From: Acidimicrobiia bacterium
GTDB lineage: Bacteria; Actinomycetota; Acidimicrobiia; Spongiisociales; Spongiisociaceae
DNA: 64,000 nt
NCBI GenBank assembly: GCA_041576165.1
Contig: JBFGLM010000012.1
Coordinates: forward strand, 1-64,000
Direction: 5' to 3'
The position numbers and the translations under genes were made by a program. Below, piece by piece: positions 49,658-59,206 of the stretch (within the stretch, counting starts at the first letter, position 1; every line of letters begins with the position of its first letter). The notes beneath the pieces are model-generated. The model saw only the letters and a list, made by a program, of their open reading frames with translations, searched no databases and had not been told where the DNA came from.

Positions 49658-51040
49658 GTGCGAGTTTCCGCCCTCGCTTTCTCGCTGGCAATTGTGTTTC
49701 TGGCGGCCGGAGCCGCCGCTGCTTCGGCGGGCCCGGTGACTGCTGCCGCAGGCGCCGGGAGCCACGAGTTCCCGGATGCAACGAGCACCGGCCTCACGGA
49801 TCCGGGCGCGCTCACAGTCCACAACGGCAACCTCTTGGTACAGGAATCGGGAGCCGTGATCGAGAACCTCGAGGTTCGCGGCACGCTCGAGATCCGCGGG
49901 GCCGACAACGTCACGGTCCGCAACGTCTGGGTGTACACGTCGAACTTCTGGACGATCCGCGTGAACGACGGTTCGGCGGTGATCGAAGACGTGGAGATTG
50001 GCTCCGCTGCCGCACCGGGTTTGCGCGGCATCGGCGGTGACAACCTCACCGTGCGCCGAGTGGATATCCATCACGTTGAGGACGGCATCAAGATGGGCAG
50101 CAATTCGACGTACGACTGGGTGTATTGCCATGACCTGGCAAGCCCCAGCGCCCAGCCCCACTACGACTGCGTTCAGAACGACGGCGGCGCTTCGAATGTG
50201 CGGTTCAGCCGTGTCTTTCTCGATCCGCGTCCGGCGCCCGGCTTCGACGGCTTCAGCACGAACGGCAACGCTGCCTTCTTCGTCAAATCAGATCTGGGCC
50301 CGATCGACGGGGTGACGATCATCGACAGTTACCTCACCGGCGGCGGCTTCTCTGTGTTCTCGACCGATGGCGGCCATGCGGCGCCGTCCAATGTCCGTGT
50401 GATCGACAACACGTTCGGAACCGACCAGACCTGGGGCGTGCTCCACGAGCAATCGTTCATACCCTGGTACAACAACACATGGGAGTCGGGGGGAATCGTG
50501 GGCCGTGATGGTGGTGCGGCCCCTCCTACCGCCTCGTTTGCCGACGTAGCCGGGACTCCGTGGGAGGATTCCATCGCGTGGCTGCACTGGTCGGGAATCG
50601 CGGCCGGTTGCGGGGCCGACCGCTTCTGCCCGGGCGCAGTGACCACCCGAGCCCAGATGGCGTCGCTGCTGGTACGCGCGCTGCCCCTGGGGTCGTCCAG
50701 CAACGATTCGTTCGCCGACGACGGGGGCTCGGTGCACCACCAGAACATCAACACGCTGGCGGCGTCCGGCATCACTGCGGGGTGTGGCGGTGACCGTTTC
50801 TGTCCCAACGCTCCGGTCACGCGGGGCCAGATGGCCACGTTTCTCGTCAATTCGCTCGATCTGCCGGGTACGGCCCGCGACTACTTCTCCGACGACAACA
50901 CCTCGGTCCACCAGGCGAACATCAACGCCGTCGCCGCTTCTGGCATCACCGCGGGCTGCTCTGCGACCGACTTCTGCCCGGAGCTACCCATCAACCGCGG
51001 GCAGATCGCCGTGATGCTCGAGCGGGCGCTGTCGGCCTAG
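49658..51040 (+). CDS. Secreted parallel beta-helix (pectin-lyase-like) protein with three SLH domains
   Basis: Signal peptide, N.TVRNV/DGIK/HYDCVQ beta-helix pattern; SLH motifs TRAQMA, TRGQMA, NRGQIA, each preceded by GC...FCP. Confidence 0.82.
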   Translation: MRVSALAFSLAIVFLAAGAAAASAGPVTAAAGAGSHEFPDATSTGLTDPGALTVHNGNLLVQESGAVIENLEVRGTLEIRGADNVTVRNVWVYTSNFWTIRVNDGSAVIEDVEIGSAAAPGLRGIGGDNLTVRRVDIHHVEDGIKMGSNSTYDWVYCHDLASPSAQPHYDCVQNDGGASNVRFSRVFLDPRPAPGFDGFSTNGNAAFFVKSDLGPIDGVTIIDSYLTGGGFSVFSTDGGHAAPSNVRVIDNTFGTDQTWGVLHEQSFIPWYNNTWESGGIVGRDGGAAPPTASFADVAGTPWEDSIAWLHWSGIAAGCGADRFCPGAVTTRAQMASLLVRALPLGSSSNDSFADDGGSVHHQNINTLAASGITAGCGGDRFCPNAPVTRGQMATFLVNSLDLPGTARDYFSDDNTSVHQANINAVAASGITAGCSATDFCPELPINRGQIAVMLERALSA

Positions 51041-51050
51041 CGACGGCCGA

Positions 51051-52430
51051 TCAGGCGGCATCGGCCGCGGCTTGCCGCGCGTGGCGGTCCCATAACGCGT
51101 CTGCCCGGGCTGCGCCCAATCCCATCAAGAGGATGCACGTCGGCAGGAACTGATCGAACGTCCACGCGTCGAACGTGGTCCCACCGAGCAGCAGGCTGAG
51201 CGCAGCGACGGCCCCGATCGCAACGAGGCCAGTTTCTGTGCGCCGGTGGCGGAATGCGGCGGCCATCGTCCGGATCAACACGGTGATTATGAAGGCAATG
51301 ATCAGACCCAGGCCGACAAAACCCAGCTCGACGACGGCCAGGTTGTAGGCGTTGTCGAAGATCTGGATACCCGGATCGTGCGTGAGGTAGCCCGCTCCCA
51401 CGAAAGGCCGTTCGGCAATCAGGTCGGGGAGCAACGCAAACCGTTCGAGCCTGACATCGACGTTCTGGTCTGTCTGCACCCCGGTGAAGAAGTTCAGCAG
51501 CAGCCGGGGAGTCTCGGGAGAGACGACAAAGATGATCGGGACGCTCACCATCGCCACGAAAGCCAGTTGGATGAGCTGATTGGTTCGGTACGAATAGATC
51601 ACTGCGACGACCAGTCCGATAACGATCACCATGACGAATCCCGTCCGGGAGTTGGTGGCGGCGGCCGCGGCCATCTGGATGAGTGCCGCTATCCCCGCCC
51701 ACCGCCGGGCGCGAGACGTGTCCGCCCGGAAGTAGAGGACGAGCGTCACGAGGACGCCCAGCGCCAGCACAGCCGACAGCACCAGTGGGTGAGGGGCGGT
51801 TGCCGCCGCCCGCAACTCGCCCGTGAGGCGCAGCAGCAGGTCCTCGGTCTCACCCCGCAGAGCGAGGGCGCTCGGATCCACCTCGAACCCGATATTCGTC
51901 CAGATCGTGCCGAGCAGCGGGCTCGGCGATCCCGTCATCGTTTCGTATATGGCAATGGACCCCTCCACGATCGTCATCACCACGACGACATAGACCAGGC
52001 GGATGGCCTTTTCGGCATCCCACCCGACTTGGTAGGCGGCCACGAAGAGGACCGCCATCAGCATGAACCGGATGAGGCCCTGGTCGTAGGTGGATGCCTC
52101 AAACTCGCTCAAGGTGGTCATGTGGATGAAGGGGGCCACCAGCACCATTGCCAGCAGCGCCAAGCCGGTGAGCGCCACCGAGCCTCTCGGTAACGGGGCG
52201 GGCTCGATCAGAGCTCGCCAGAACAGCAGGCCGCCGACGATGAGCAGCACCAGCTCGCCCGCCCGGATAGAAAACCCGATAGGCAGTGTGTAGATGTCGG
52301 CGATCAGGCGGTTGATGACAACGTAGACGGCCAGGGTGCCCAGCAGGAATGTGGCAAATGCGGAGCGGGTCGCGTGGCGCTCGATCGGGGACAGCTCCTG
52401 GCGCATCGTCAGGCCGTCGGTTGTCGACAT
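51051..52430 (-). CDS. O-antigen ligase / Wzy polymerase family
   Basis: About 11 TMs, R...TAPHP, TNSRTG, RPFVGAG, DNAY...VELG. Confidence 0.8.
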   Translation of the reverse strand: MSTTDGLTMRQELSPIERHATRSAFATFLLGTLAVYVVINRLIADIYTLPIGFSIRAGELVLLIVGGLLFWRALIEPAPLPRGSVALTGLALLAMVLVAPFIHMTTLSEFEASTYDQGLIRFMLMAVLFVAAYQVGWDAEKAIRLVYVVVVMTIVEGSIAIYETMTGSPSPLLGTIWTNIGFEVDPSALALRGETEDLLLRLTGELRAAATAPHPLVLSAVLALGVLVTLVLYFRADTSRARRWAGIAALIQMAAAAATNSRTGFVMVIVIGLVVAVIYSYRTNQLIQLAFVAMVSVPIIFVVSPETPRLLLNFFTGVQTDQNVDVRLERFALLPDLIAERPFVGAGYLTHDPGIQIFDNAYNLAVVELGFVGLGLIIAFIITVLIRTMAAAFRHRRTETGLVAIGAVAALSLLLGGTTFDAWTFDQFLPTCILLMGLGAARADALWDRHARQAAADAA

Positions 52431-52574
52431 GTCGAGTTCCTTGCGGCGGTTGGGTCACGCCCACCAGGCGTGCGGGACGCAGGATACGGTACCCCGACGC
52501 ACTGAGAGAAGCTCGGGCCCGACCGATCGGCGGCGCTGGGAGTAGCACCGGCGCCTCCAATATCCTTTGCGTCG

Positions 52575-54026
52575 ATGTCGTCTCCGAACGCGAACGAGAA
52601 GACGGCCAAGGGCATGCTGTGGTCCCTGGCCCGCACCTGGGGCCGGCGAGCCGTATCCACCCTCAGTTTCTTGATTCTGGTGGGGTTGCTCACTCCTGAG
52701 CAGTTCGGGTTGGTGGCGTGGGCGACGGTCTTCATCGGCGGCACCCAGGTGATCATGGATTTGGGTCTGAACGACGCACTGGTGCAGCGGGAAGACGTTC
52801 GTGACGGGCACCTCCACAGCTCGTTCTGGCTGGGCGTGGCAGTTGGCTTGGGATTCTTCGCAGTGTTTCAGGTGGCCGCCGGCCCCCTGTCGGTCCTGTT
52901 GGATGAACCCCGCCTAGCGTCCGTGCTGCGCTGGCTGTCCATCGTGCTCGTCCTCAACGGGCTCAGCGTCGTGCCTCAGGCAATGCTCCACCGCGACGTG
53001 GCCTTCCGCGAACTTGCCATACGCGAGTTCGCTGCGATCACCGTGGGCGGAGTGGTCGGGATCGGGCTGGCGTTGCGCGGCGCCGGGGTGTGGGCGCTGG
53101 TCGGCCAGCAGCTCGCCTGGGCCGTCGTGCTGCTGCTGGCGTTGTGGATGATGACGCCGTACCGGCCCCGGCTTGCGTTCCGGTGGGCGGATGGGGTGGA
53201 GCTGCTGAGGTTTGGGGTCCACCGCATCGGGTTCAAAGGCCTGCGGTTTGCCAACCAGAACGTCGCCGATTTCCTGATCGGGCTCCTGCTGGGCCCAACT
53301 GCGCTCGGTTTCTACACGGTGGCCTATCGAGTGATCAACATCGCCACCGACGCATTCGTAGAGGCGGTGAATGCGGTGGCGTTCCCGACCCTGGCCCGGA
53401 TGACTTCGGACGACGATCTGTTCCGGACCAAGGTGACCGGCGGGATTGGGATCCTGGTACTCGCGGCATTTCCCGCGTTCTTTGGACTGATCGGAGTCGC
53501 CGGATTGGCGGTCGAGATCTTTCTGAAGCCTGAATGGCTGCCGACCGTCACGGTGCTGCGGGGATTGGCCGTGATGGGCATCGCCATGTCTGTTGCGAGC
53601 TTTGGCCGATCGGCGATCCTGGGGTATGGCCGCGCCGGTGTGACCCTGGCCCTGCAGGCGGTGGCGACGGCCGCCAGTCTGATCGCAGTCCTGGTTTCGA
53701 TTCCGTTCGGAATCGGCTGGGTCGGGATCGCGCTGGGTATCCAAGCAGTGATACTGCTGCCCGTGGAGCTCCAGGCGCTGAAACGGACAACGCCCGTGCA
53801 GCTGGACGCCTTCATCCGTCAGATCGCGGGGCCGTTTGCCGCCGCAGGTGTCATGTTCAGCGCGGTGCTGGCGTTGTTGTGGCTGACCAGAGGAGTTGCC
53901 GACCCGGTCCGGCTGGTGACCGCGCTTCTCCTCGGCGGACTCAGCTACGCCGCGCTTGTCCGCTGGTGGGCGAGGCCTCAACTCGATCGGGCGGTGCGGG
54001 CAGTCCGGACCGCGATCGGCCGCTGA
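52575..54026 (+). CDS. Wzx flippase (WzxC-like)
   Basis: LLTPEQFGL, DLGL..ALVQ, GVWALV.QQ, D.LIG..LGP.ALG.Y..AYR, FPTLAR. Confidence 0.9.
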   Translation: MSSPNANEKTAKGMLWSLARTWGRRAVSTLSFLILVGLLTPEQFGLVAWATVFIGGTQVIMDLGLNDALVQREDVRDGHLHSSFWLGVAVGLGFFAVFQVAAGPLSVLLDEPRLASVLRWLSIVLVLNGLSVVPQAMLHRDVAFRELAIREFAAITVGGVVGIGLALRGAGVWALVGQQLAWAVVLLLALWMMTPYRPRLAFRWADGVELLRFGVHRIGFKGLRFANQNVADFLIGLLLGPTALGFYTVAYRVINIATDAFVEAVNAVAFPTLARMTSDDDLFRTKVTGGIGILVLAAFPAFFGLIGVAGLAVEIFLKPEWLPTVTVLRGLAVMGIAMSVASFGRSAILGYGRAGVTLALQAVATAASLIAVLVSIPFGIGWVGIALGIQAVILLPVELQALKRTTPVQLDAFIRQIAGPFAAAGVMFSAVLALLWLTRGVADPVRLVTALLLGGLSYAALVRWWARPQLDRAVRAVRTAIGR

Positions 54027-54087
54027 CCACGGTCGGTTGGATGGAGCCCCGACCCATCACGTACCATGGAGCCGCCGGCCGGGGCGG

Positions 54088-55062
54088 ATGTCGGTGCCAT
54101 CACAATCGGGAGCGGCCGTGCATCCACGGGGCATCACCTGTTCGTTCATCATCGTGAACTGGAACGCCGGGCAGTTCCTGGTGGACGCGATGGCCTCGAT
54201 CTACGAGGAATGGGGCTCGGATGAAGCCGAGTTGATCGTGGTCGACAATGCCTCCAATGATGAAAGCGTGCCGGCTGCCCGTGCCCGATTCCCCAAGGCG
54301 ACCCTCATCTGTAACGAAGAGAATCTCGGTTTTGCCCGGGGTGTCAACGCCGGCCTGGCGGCCGCCGGCGGTGACCTGCTGTTTTTGGTGAACCCGGACG
54401 CCTACCTGCTGCCGGGATCGCTCGAGCGGATGATCGAATTCATGAACTCGAACCCGGAGGCTGGCTTGATGGGCCCGCAGGTGCTCAACTCCGATCGGAC
54501 GCTCCAGCGCTCCGCCCGGCACCGGCCCACACTCGGGCGGGCGGTCGCTCGGGCGCTGGCGCTCGACGCGCTGGTCCCTTCATTGGCTTTTCCGGATCAT
54601 GGCCACACCGGAGATGTAGACGTGCTGAGCGGAGCTTTCTGGGTCGTGCGACGTGCGGCCCTCGCCGAAGTAGGTGGCTTGGACGAAGGATTCTTCATGT
54701 ACGCAGAGGATGTTGACTGGAGCCGCCGGTTCGCTCAGGCCGGTTGGCGGGTGATGTACTACACAGACGCCCAAGTCGTGCACCACGGCGCCAAGAGTTC
54801 CCAGCACGCACCATCCCGCTTCTTTGTCGAGATGCGCAAGGCCGACCTCCGGTATTGGAGGAAGCACCACGGGGCGGTCCCGACCGTGGCCTACGCCCTC
54901 GTGCTGACCATCCACCATCTCCTGCGCGTGGCAGCCGGCTTGCTCAGCGGGTTGGTGCCCGGACGCCGATCGTCTGCGTTGCGTCGCATCCGGCGAAGCC
55001 GGGCCGTCATCAGCTGGATCGTGCGCTCTGCCTTCGGTCTGCGGCCCCAGGACATCCAGTGA
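54088..55062 (+). CDS. Glycosyltransferase family 2 (WbbL-like)
   Basis: IIVNWN, VVDNASND, NLGFARGVN, VNPD, DEGFFMYAED. Confidence 0.92.
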   Translation: MSVPSQSGAAVHPRGITCSFIIVNWNAGQFLVDAMASIYEEWGSDEAELIVVDNASNDESVPAARARFPKATLICNEENLGFARGVNAGLAAAGGDLLFLVNPDAYLLPGSLERMIEFMNSNPEAGLMGPQVLNSDRTLQRSARHRPTLGRAVARALALDALVPSLAFPDHGHTGDVDVLSGAFWVVRRAALAEVGGLDEGFFMYAEDVDWSRRFAQAGWRVMYYTDAQVVHHGAKSSQHAPSRFFVEMRKADLRYWRKHHGAVPTVAYALVLTIHHLLRVAAGLLSGLVPGRRSSALRRIRRSRAVISWIVRSAFGLRPQDIQ

Positions 55063-56018
55063 GCACGGTCGATGTCGACGTGGTGATCCTTTCCTGGAAT
55101 CGGACCGACCGGACCATCGCTGCGGTCGAGAGCGTGCAGCGGCAGGCCGGGGTGTCTCATCACGTCTGGCTCGTCGATCAGGGTTCGGAGCAACCGGGGC
55201 TCGAGCGGCTCCGGCGCTGGTGTGAGATGCAGGGCGGCGTGTCCCTGATCGAAAACGGCATGAATCTGGGCGCCCCCGGCGGCCGCAATGTCGGATTTCG
55301 CGCCGGGTGCGCTCCGACCGTTGTCTGCATCGACAATGACGTCGAGTTGGTCAACCCGGACGCGCTGCGATACGCAACCGAACGGCTGGCTGCGGAGCCC
55401 GGCCTCGGGGCGGTTGGATTTCGGGTGGTGGCAGCGGCCGGCGGACTGCCAGCCGACTATCACTGGGCCTACCCCGAGTCGCTGCGGAGCCGCGCTGATG
55501 AAGAGTTCTACGCCACCCGCTTCCTGGCCGGAGGGGTGGCTTTCCGCCGGGCGGCCATCGAACGAGTGGGGCTGTACGACGAGCGGTTGTTCTTCACGTG
55601 GGAGGAGACAGACCTGGCATACCGGCTGATCCAGGCGGGGTATTCCATTCTCTACACCCCCCGGGCCCAAGTGCTCCACCTGGTAGATGCCGAATCGCGG
55701 CTGACCTGGCGGGGATCGCGGTTCTATTACCACATGCGCAACGCACTGTTCATCGAATACAAGTACTGGCGTCGGCCCGGACGGCTCCTGCTCAAGACTG
55801 CCGGTTACCTGGTGCGCGGGGTCTACAGCCGTGTGCCCGGGCAATCCCTTCGAGCCCTCACCGGGTTCGCCCGCATGTGGGCCGATGCTCGACCCGGGCC
55901 GGAGCATGTCCTGACGGAGTCCGCTCGCCGATACGTCTACGAAAACAGCGGTCGCTATGAGCAGCCGCTGGCCCGACAGGTCGCGGGGAAGCTGTTCAGG
56001 CGGTTCTCGACCAGCTGA
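55059..56018 (+). CDS. Glycosyltransferase family 2
   Basis: VILSWNR, VDQGS, NLG.PGGRN, IDNDV, YDERLFFTWEETD. Confidence 0.9.
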   Translation: MSTVDVDVVILSWNRTDRTIAAVESVQRQAGVSHHVWLVDQGSEQPGLERLRRWCEMQGGVSLIENGMNLGAPGGRNVGFRAGCAPTVVCIDNDVELVNPDALRYATERLAAEPGLGAVGFRVVAAAGGLPADYHWAYPESLRSRADEEFYATRFLAGGVAFRRAAIERVGLYDERLFFTWEETDLAYRLIQAGYSILYTPRAQVLHLVDAESRLTWRGSRFYYHMRNALFIEYKYWRRPGRLLLKTAGYLVRGVYSRVPGQSLRALTGFARMWADARPGPEHVLTESARRYVYENSGRYEQPLARQVAGKLFRRFSTS

Positions 56019-56081
56019 CCGGGCGTAGCAAGCGGCCGGACTTGGGGTCTCCCGGGCGACCGAGCCATCAGTTGCGTGCTT

Positions 56082-56798
56082 CTACAGCTCTGGGCGGAGC
56101 TGAGATACCACTGCCATCGGGGCCGGCTCGTCCCGGCTGCGAGAGGTGCGGGCCAGCCGGCGAGCCTGACGGAGGGGTTCGGGGGTTCGTGCCCTGACTG
56201 CGGTGGCTTCCACGATCTCAGCGGCGGTGTCGAGCGTGGTGCGCCAGCCCGCGGAGACCGCCACCGGCCTCGTTCCGGACCGTGTTCTCACCCACCAGCC
56301 CACCTGTTCATCGCCAATCATCAACGCCGATCGTGAGCCGGACGGCGAACCCGGTTGCCCCCCTGTTGCGACGAGCGGACGATGGGTGACACCGACGGTC
56401 GGTACGTCGAGTACCCAACCGAGGTGGCGGGCCAGCCCTGTCCGGCGCGGATGATCAAGGCCGGTGGCGTTGACCAGCAGCACGTCGGGCGGCCAGGGGA
56501 GCGAGCGTACCGCAGCCTCGAGAATGGCCCCCTCGCGAGCCGCGAGGAGCCCGGACATGTATGACGCTCCGGCCTCACCGGCGGTCTCGGTCGTCGCCAG
56601 GAGCCGGCGCCAGGCAGTGACGGCGGCGGCCGCCCATGCCCGATCGCCCGCCGCACCCGGCCCCGACCCACCCCGGCCGAAACACACGAAGCAGCCGCCC
56701 GTCGTGATGCCCGGCCCGGGTACCCAGGGTGGCGGCCGGAGCGATGAGATCTCCCGCTGCAGCTCTTCTAGCCGCACGGGGTCGGTCGGCCATTGCAT
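56082..56798 (-). CDS. nfi: Endonuclease V-like protein with a degenerate active site
   Basis: Y.SGLLA.REG, PDVLLVNATG.DHPRR.GLA.HLG, PTVGV, RPV.VS.G, PEPLR.A. Confidence 0.85.
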   Translation of the reverse strand: MQWPTDPVRLEELQREISSLRPPPWVPGPGITTGGCFVCFGRGGSGPGAAGDRAWAAAAVTAWRRLLATTETAGEAGASYMSGLLAAREGAILEAAVRSLPWPPDVLLVNATGLDHPRRTGLARHLGWVLDVPTVGVTHRPLVATGGQPGSPSGSRSALMIGDEQVGWWVRTRSGTRPVAVSAGWRTTLDTAAEIVEATAVRARTPEPLRQARRLARTSRSRDEPAPMAVVSQLRPEL

Positions 56799-56899
56799 GC
56801 CCCTATCCTCGCGCCAACCGCCGCCGCTGGGGCGGGTGTCTGCGCGAAATCCGGCCGAGCGCGAAGTACTGATCGGTCCGGCTGCCCGGCGAGGGCTCG

Positions 56900-57334
56900 T
56901 CACATGAGCGAGGCGTCCACCGACATCGCGACGTTGCCCGCCAGCGCCTTCGACACAGGACAACCATCCTTGGCTGCCTCGGCTGATGCCCGGAACCCGT
57001 CCTCATCGAGGCCGGGCACCTCACCACGCACCGTGAGATGCACTGAAGTGATGCCGAAGCCGCCTTCCGCCAAGGCCTCAAACGCCACGGTAGCGCTGGT
57101 CTCGAGGCGGCTGGGGGGGTTGCCGTCACCGGCCAGGCCGTGAGAAAGGGCCATCGAGAAACAGGCGGCGTGGGCGGCTGCCAGCAGCTCCTCGGGGGTG
57201 GTGTTGCCGTTCTGCTGCTCGGTACGAGCTTTCCATGAGACGTTCAGCGGACCGGCCAGCCCGCTGTCGAGGCTGACGGTCCCCGACCCCTCGGCCAGGT
57301 TGCCCTGCCAGGTGGCGTGAGCACTGCTCTGCAC
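56900..57334 (-). CDS. osmC: OsmC-family peroxiredoxin
   Basis: W.G.L..G.G, TTPEELLAAAHAACFSMAL, AK..CPVSKAL. Confidence 0.93.
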   Translation of the reverse strand: MQSSAHATWQGNLAEGSGTVSLDSGLAGPLNVSWKARTEQQNGNTTPEELLAAAHAACFSMALSHGLAGDGNPPSRLETSATVAFEALAEGGFGITSVHLTVRGEVPGLDEDGFRASAEAAKDGCPVSKALAGNVAMSVDASLM

Positions 57335-57507
57335 GAGATCCTCCTCTCGCCCCGGGTGGTAACGGGGCTAGCCACGCAATTCCCGCGTCGGAACCTAGTC
57401 GTCGCCGGCCGGGGTCAGCTCCATTGAGCTCGCCAAGATCGATCATCCGGCCGGGGCTGACCGCATGTCGAGCCCGATGGTCGAGCCCGACACTTCAACG
57501 TTGGATC

Positions 57508-58487
57508 TCAGCCGGTTGGAACCACGATTTGGTCTGTTGGCGCCAGCGGTGCGAAATCGGTGTGCACGCTGGTAGGAGGATCTCCCGGCAGCGTGTATCC
57601 GGCGCCGACGAGCAGGCCACCGGCGATAGTCATCGTCGTGTCGACTGTTTTCGCCGCCACTCCCAGGACCCGGCCCGGATACGTGACGGTCAGGGCGATG
57701 CTGTCGGCCGATACCGCGGTGACGGTAACGGCCAGGGGATCGACCAGAATGGCCAGCGATTCGCTCGGGGCAGGCTCGCTGGCCAGCAACCCCCATTCTC
57801 CGTCATCGACTTATGTCCAGCGTTCGGTGGGAGTGATCACGTAGGTCAAGTGGGCGCCGCCAGAAGAGATCTCCAGCTGTGCCTGATCGCCCATGACCAC
57901 ACCATTGATCGTGCCTACCTCCTGATCCCCCACCAGTGCCACCGACATCGAGCAATAGCCGTCGGCGTATCGGTCGAGTGCCGCGGCGAATACTGCAGGT
58001 CCGTCGACGGCTGGCTGGACGAGCTCGGGGTGGCTGCGGCGACTGGCTCGGGAGGGGCAGCGGTCGGCGATGCGGGGCGTTCCGGCTGCGGGTCGGCGGC
58101 GGTAGCCGATTGGGGCGCCGGCTCGAAGCCGACCACCCCGGTGACGTCGCGGGCGACTTGGTGCCACGACCCCGGCAGCGCCTGCGCAACGGCCAGCCCG
58201 CCCACCGTCACCAGCACCACGAGTGCGGTGGCGGCAGCCCGAGCCAGATGACCGGCGAGCACGGGAACCGTGCCAGCGAACCGGGATGAAGCGCCCGCGC
58301 TCGACCGGCCGCTCAGTTCAAGTGACGTGCGGGCGGCCGCCGCCACCTGGGCGGCCTGAGCTGCCGGTGATACCGGATGCTCCAGCAGCCGGAGGCAGTC
58401 CAGCAGACCCGCCAGCTCGGGGTAAACGGCGGAATCGTCGACGTAGTGTTCGTCCATCTCACCTTGGTTACCGACCGCGCCCCTCAT
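57508..58487 (-). pseudogene. Disrupted putative anti-sigma factor (cytoplasmic N-terminus, TM, Pro/Ala linker, extracytoplasmic beta domain)
   Basis: ATGA-coupled to the ECF sigma gene; frameshift near 58030 joins ...VAAATP to ELVQPAVDG...; in-frame TAA at 57811-57813 (ERWT*VDDGEWGLLASEP) joins the next piece. Confidence 0.65.
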
Positions 58488-59038
58488 CCCGTTACCGCGG
58501 TCAGGGTCTGGCGGATCGCCGTCATCGCTCGATCGTGAATCATGCGGACGGTGCCCGGCGGCTTGCCCACGGCGTCGGCGATCTCGTTGACGCGCAGACC
58601 GGCCATCGCGCGCAACAGCACGATGTTGCGCTGGTCATCGGTGAGATCAGCCAGCAGCTCGGCGATCCACGCCCATTCTGTCGATTCGACCACATCTCCC
58701 TCCGTGTCCGCAGTGGGATCGGGGGTGTCGGGCACGGAATCTCCGGCAGGCTCGACCGGGCGCCGGGCCGTGCGGCGGCGTTCATCCGCCAATCGGTGAT
58801 GCGCAACGATGAACGTCCATGAACGGAATTCCGTGTAGCCCCCGCTGAACCGGCTGATATCGCGGGCTATCTGAGTGAAGGTCTCACCAAGGAGGTCCTC
58901 GGGCTCGCGAGCTCCGCGGACCAGCAGATACGCGTGGAGAGCGGGTGAGATGTCGGCGTAGATAGCGGTCCACGCCCGCTCGCATCCCTGCCTGGCGTCC
59001 CGCAGCGCAACCACGAAGGCGGGTTCGATCGGGGTCAC
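58484..59038 (-). CDS. ECF RNA polymerase sigma factor
   Basis: Region 2 EDLLGETF..IAR.I.RF....FRSW.F.VAHHRL.D; region 4 LTDDQR..VLLR...GL.V.EIA...GKPPGTV. Confidence 0.9.
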   Translation of the reverse strand: MTPIEPAFVVALRDARQGCERAWTAIYADISPALHAYLLVRGAREPEDLLGETFTQIARDISRFSGGYTEFRSWTFIVAHHRLADERRRTARRPVEPAGDSVPDTPDPTADTEGDVVESTEWAWIAELLADLTDDQRNIVLLRAMAGLRVNEIADAVGKPPGTVRMIHDRAMTAIRQTLTAVTG

Positions 59039-59104
59039 CTCTCCGGTCCGGAGGTCGCGAGCAATGTGAGAAGTCCTGGCTTGATCATCGATATTGCACC
59101 TGGC

Positions 59105-59131
59105 TCATCGGACTCGTCGCAGAAAGCTTGA
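59105..59131 (-). promoter_or_regulatory. Putative sigma28 (FliA/WhiG)-type promoter for the ECF sigma gene
   Basis: Minus strand TCAA-N15-TCCGATGA. Confidence 0.4.
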
Positions 59132-59206
59132 AGGTTTACGGGCCTTTCCCAACCCGCGGCGAGAGCACCCACGCTCTCGACCTGCGAAGCCTGCGCGGTG
59201 TTGCGA

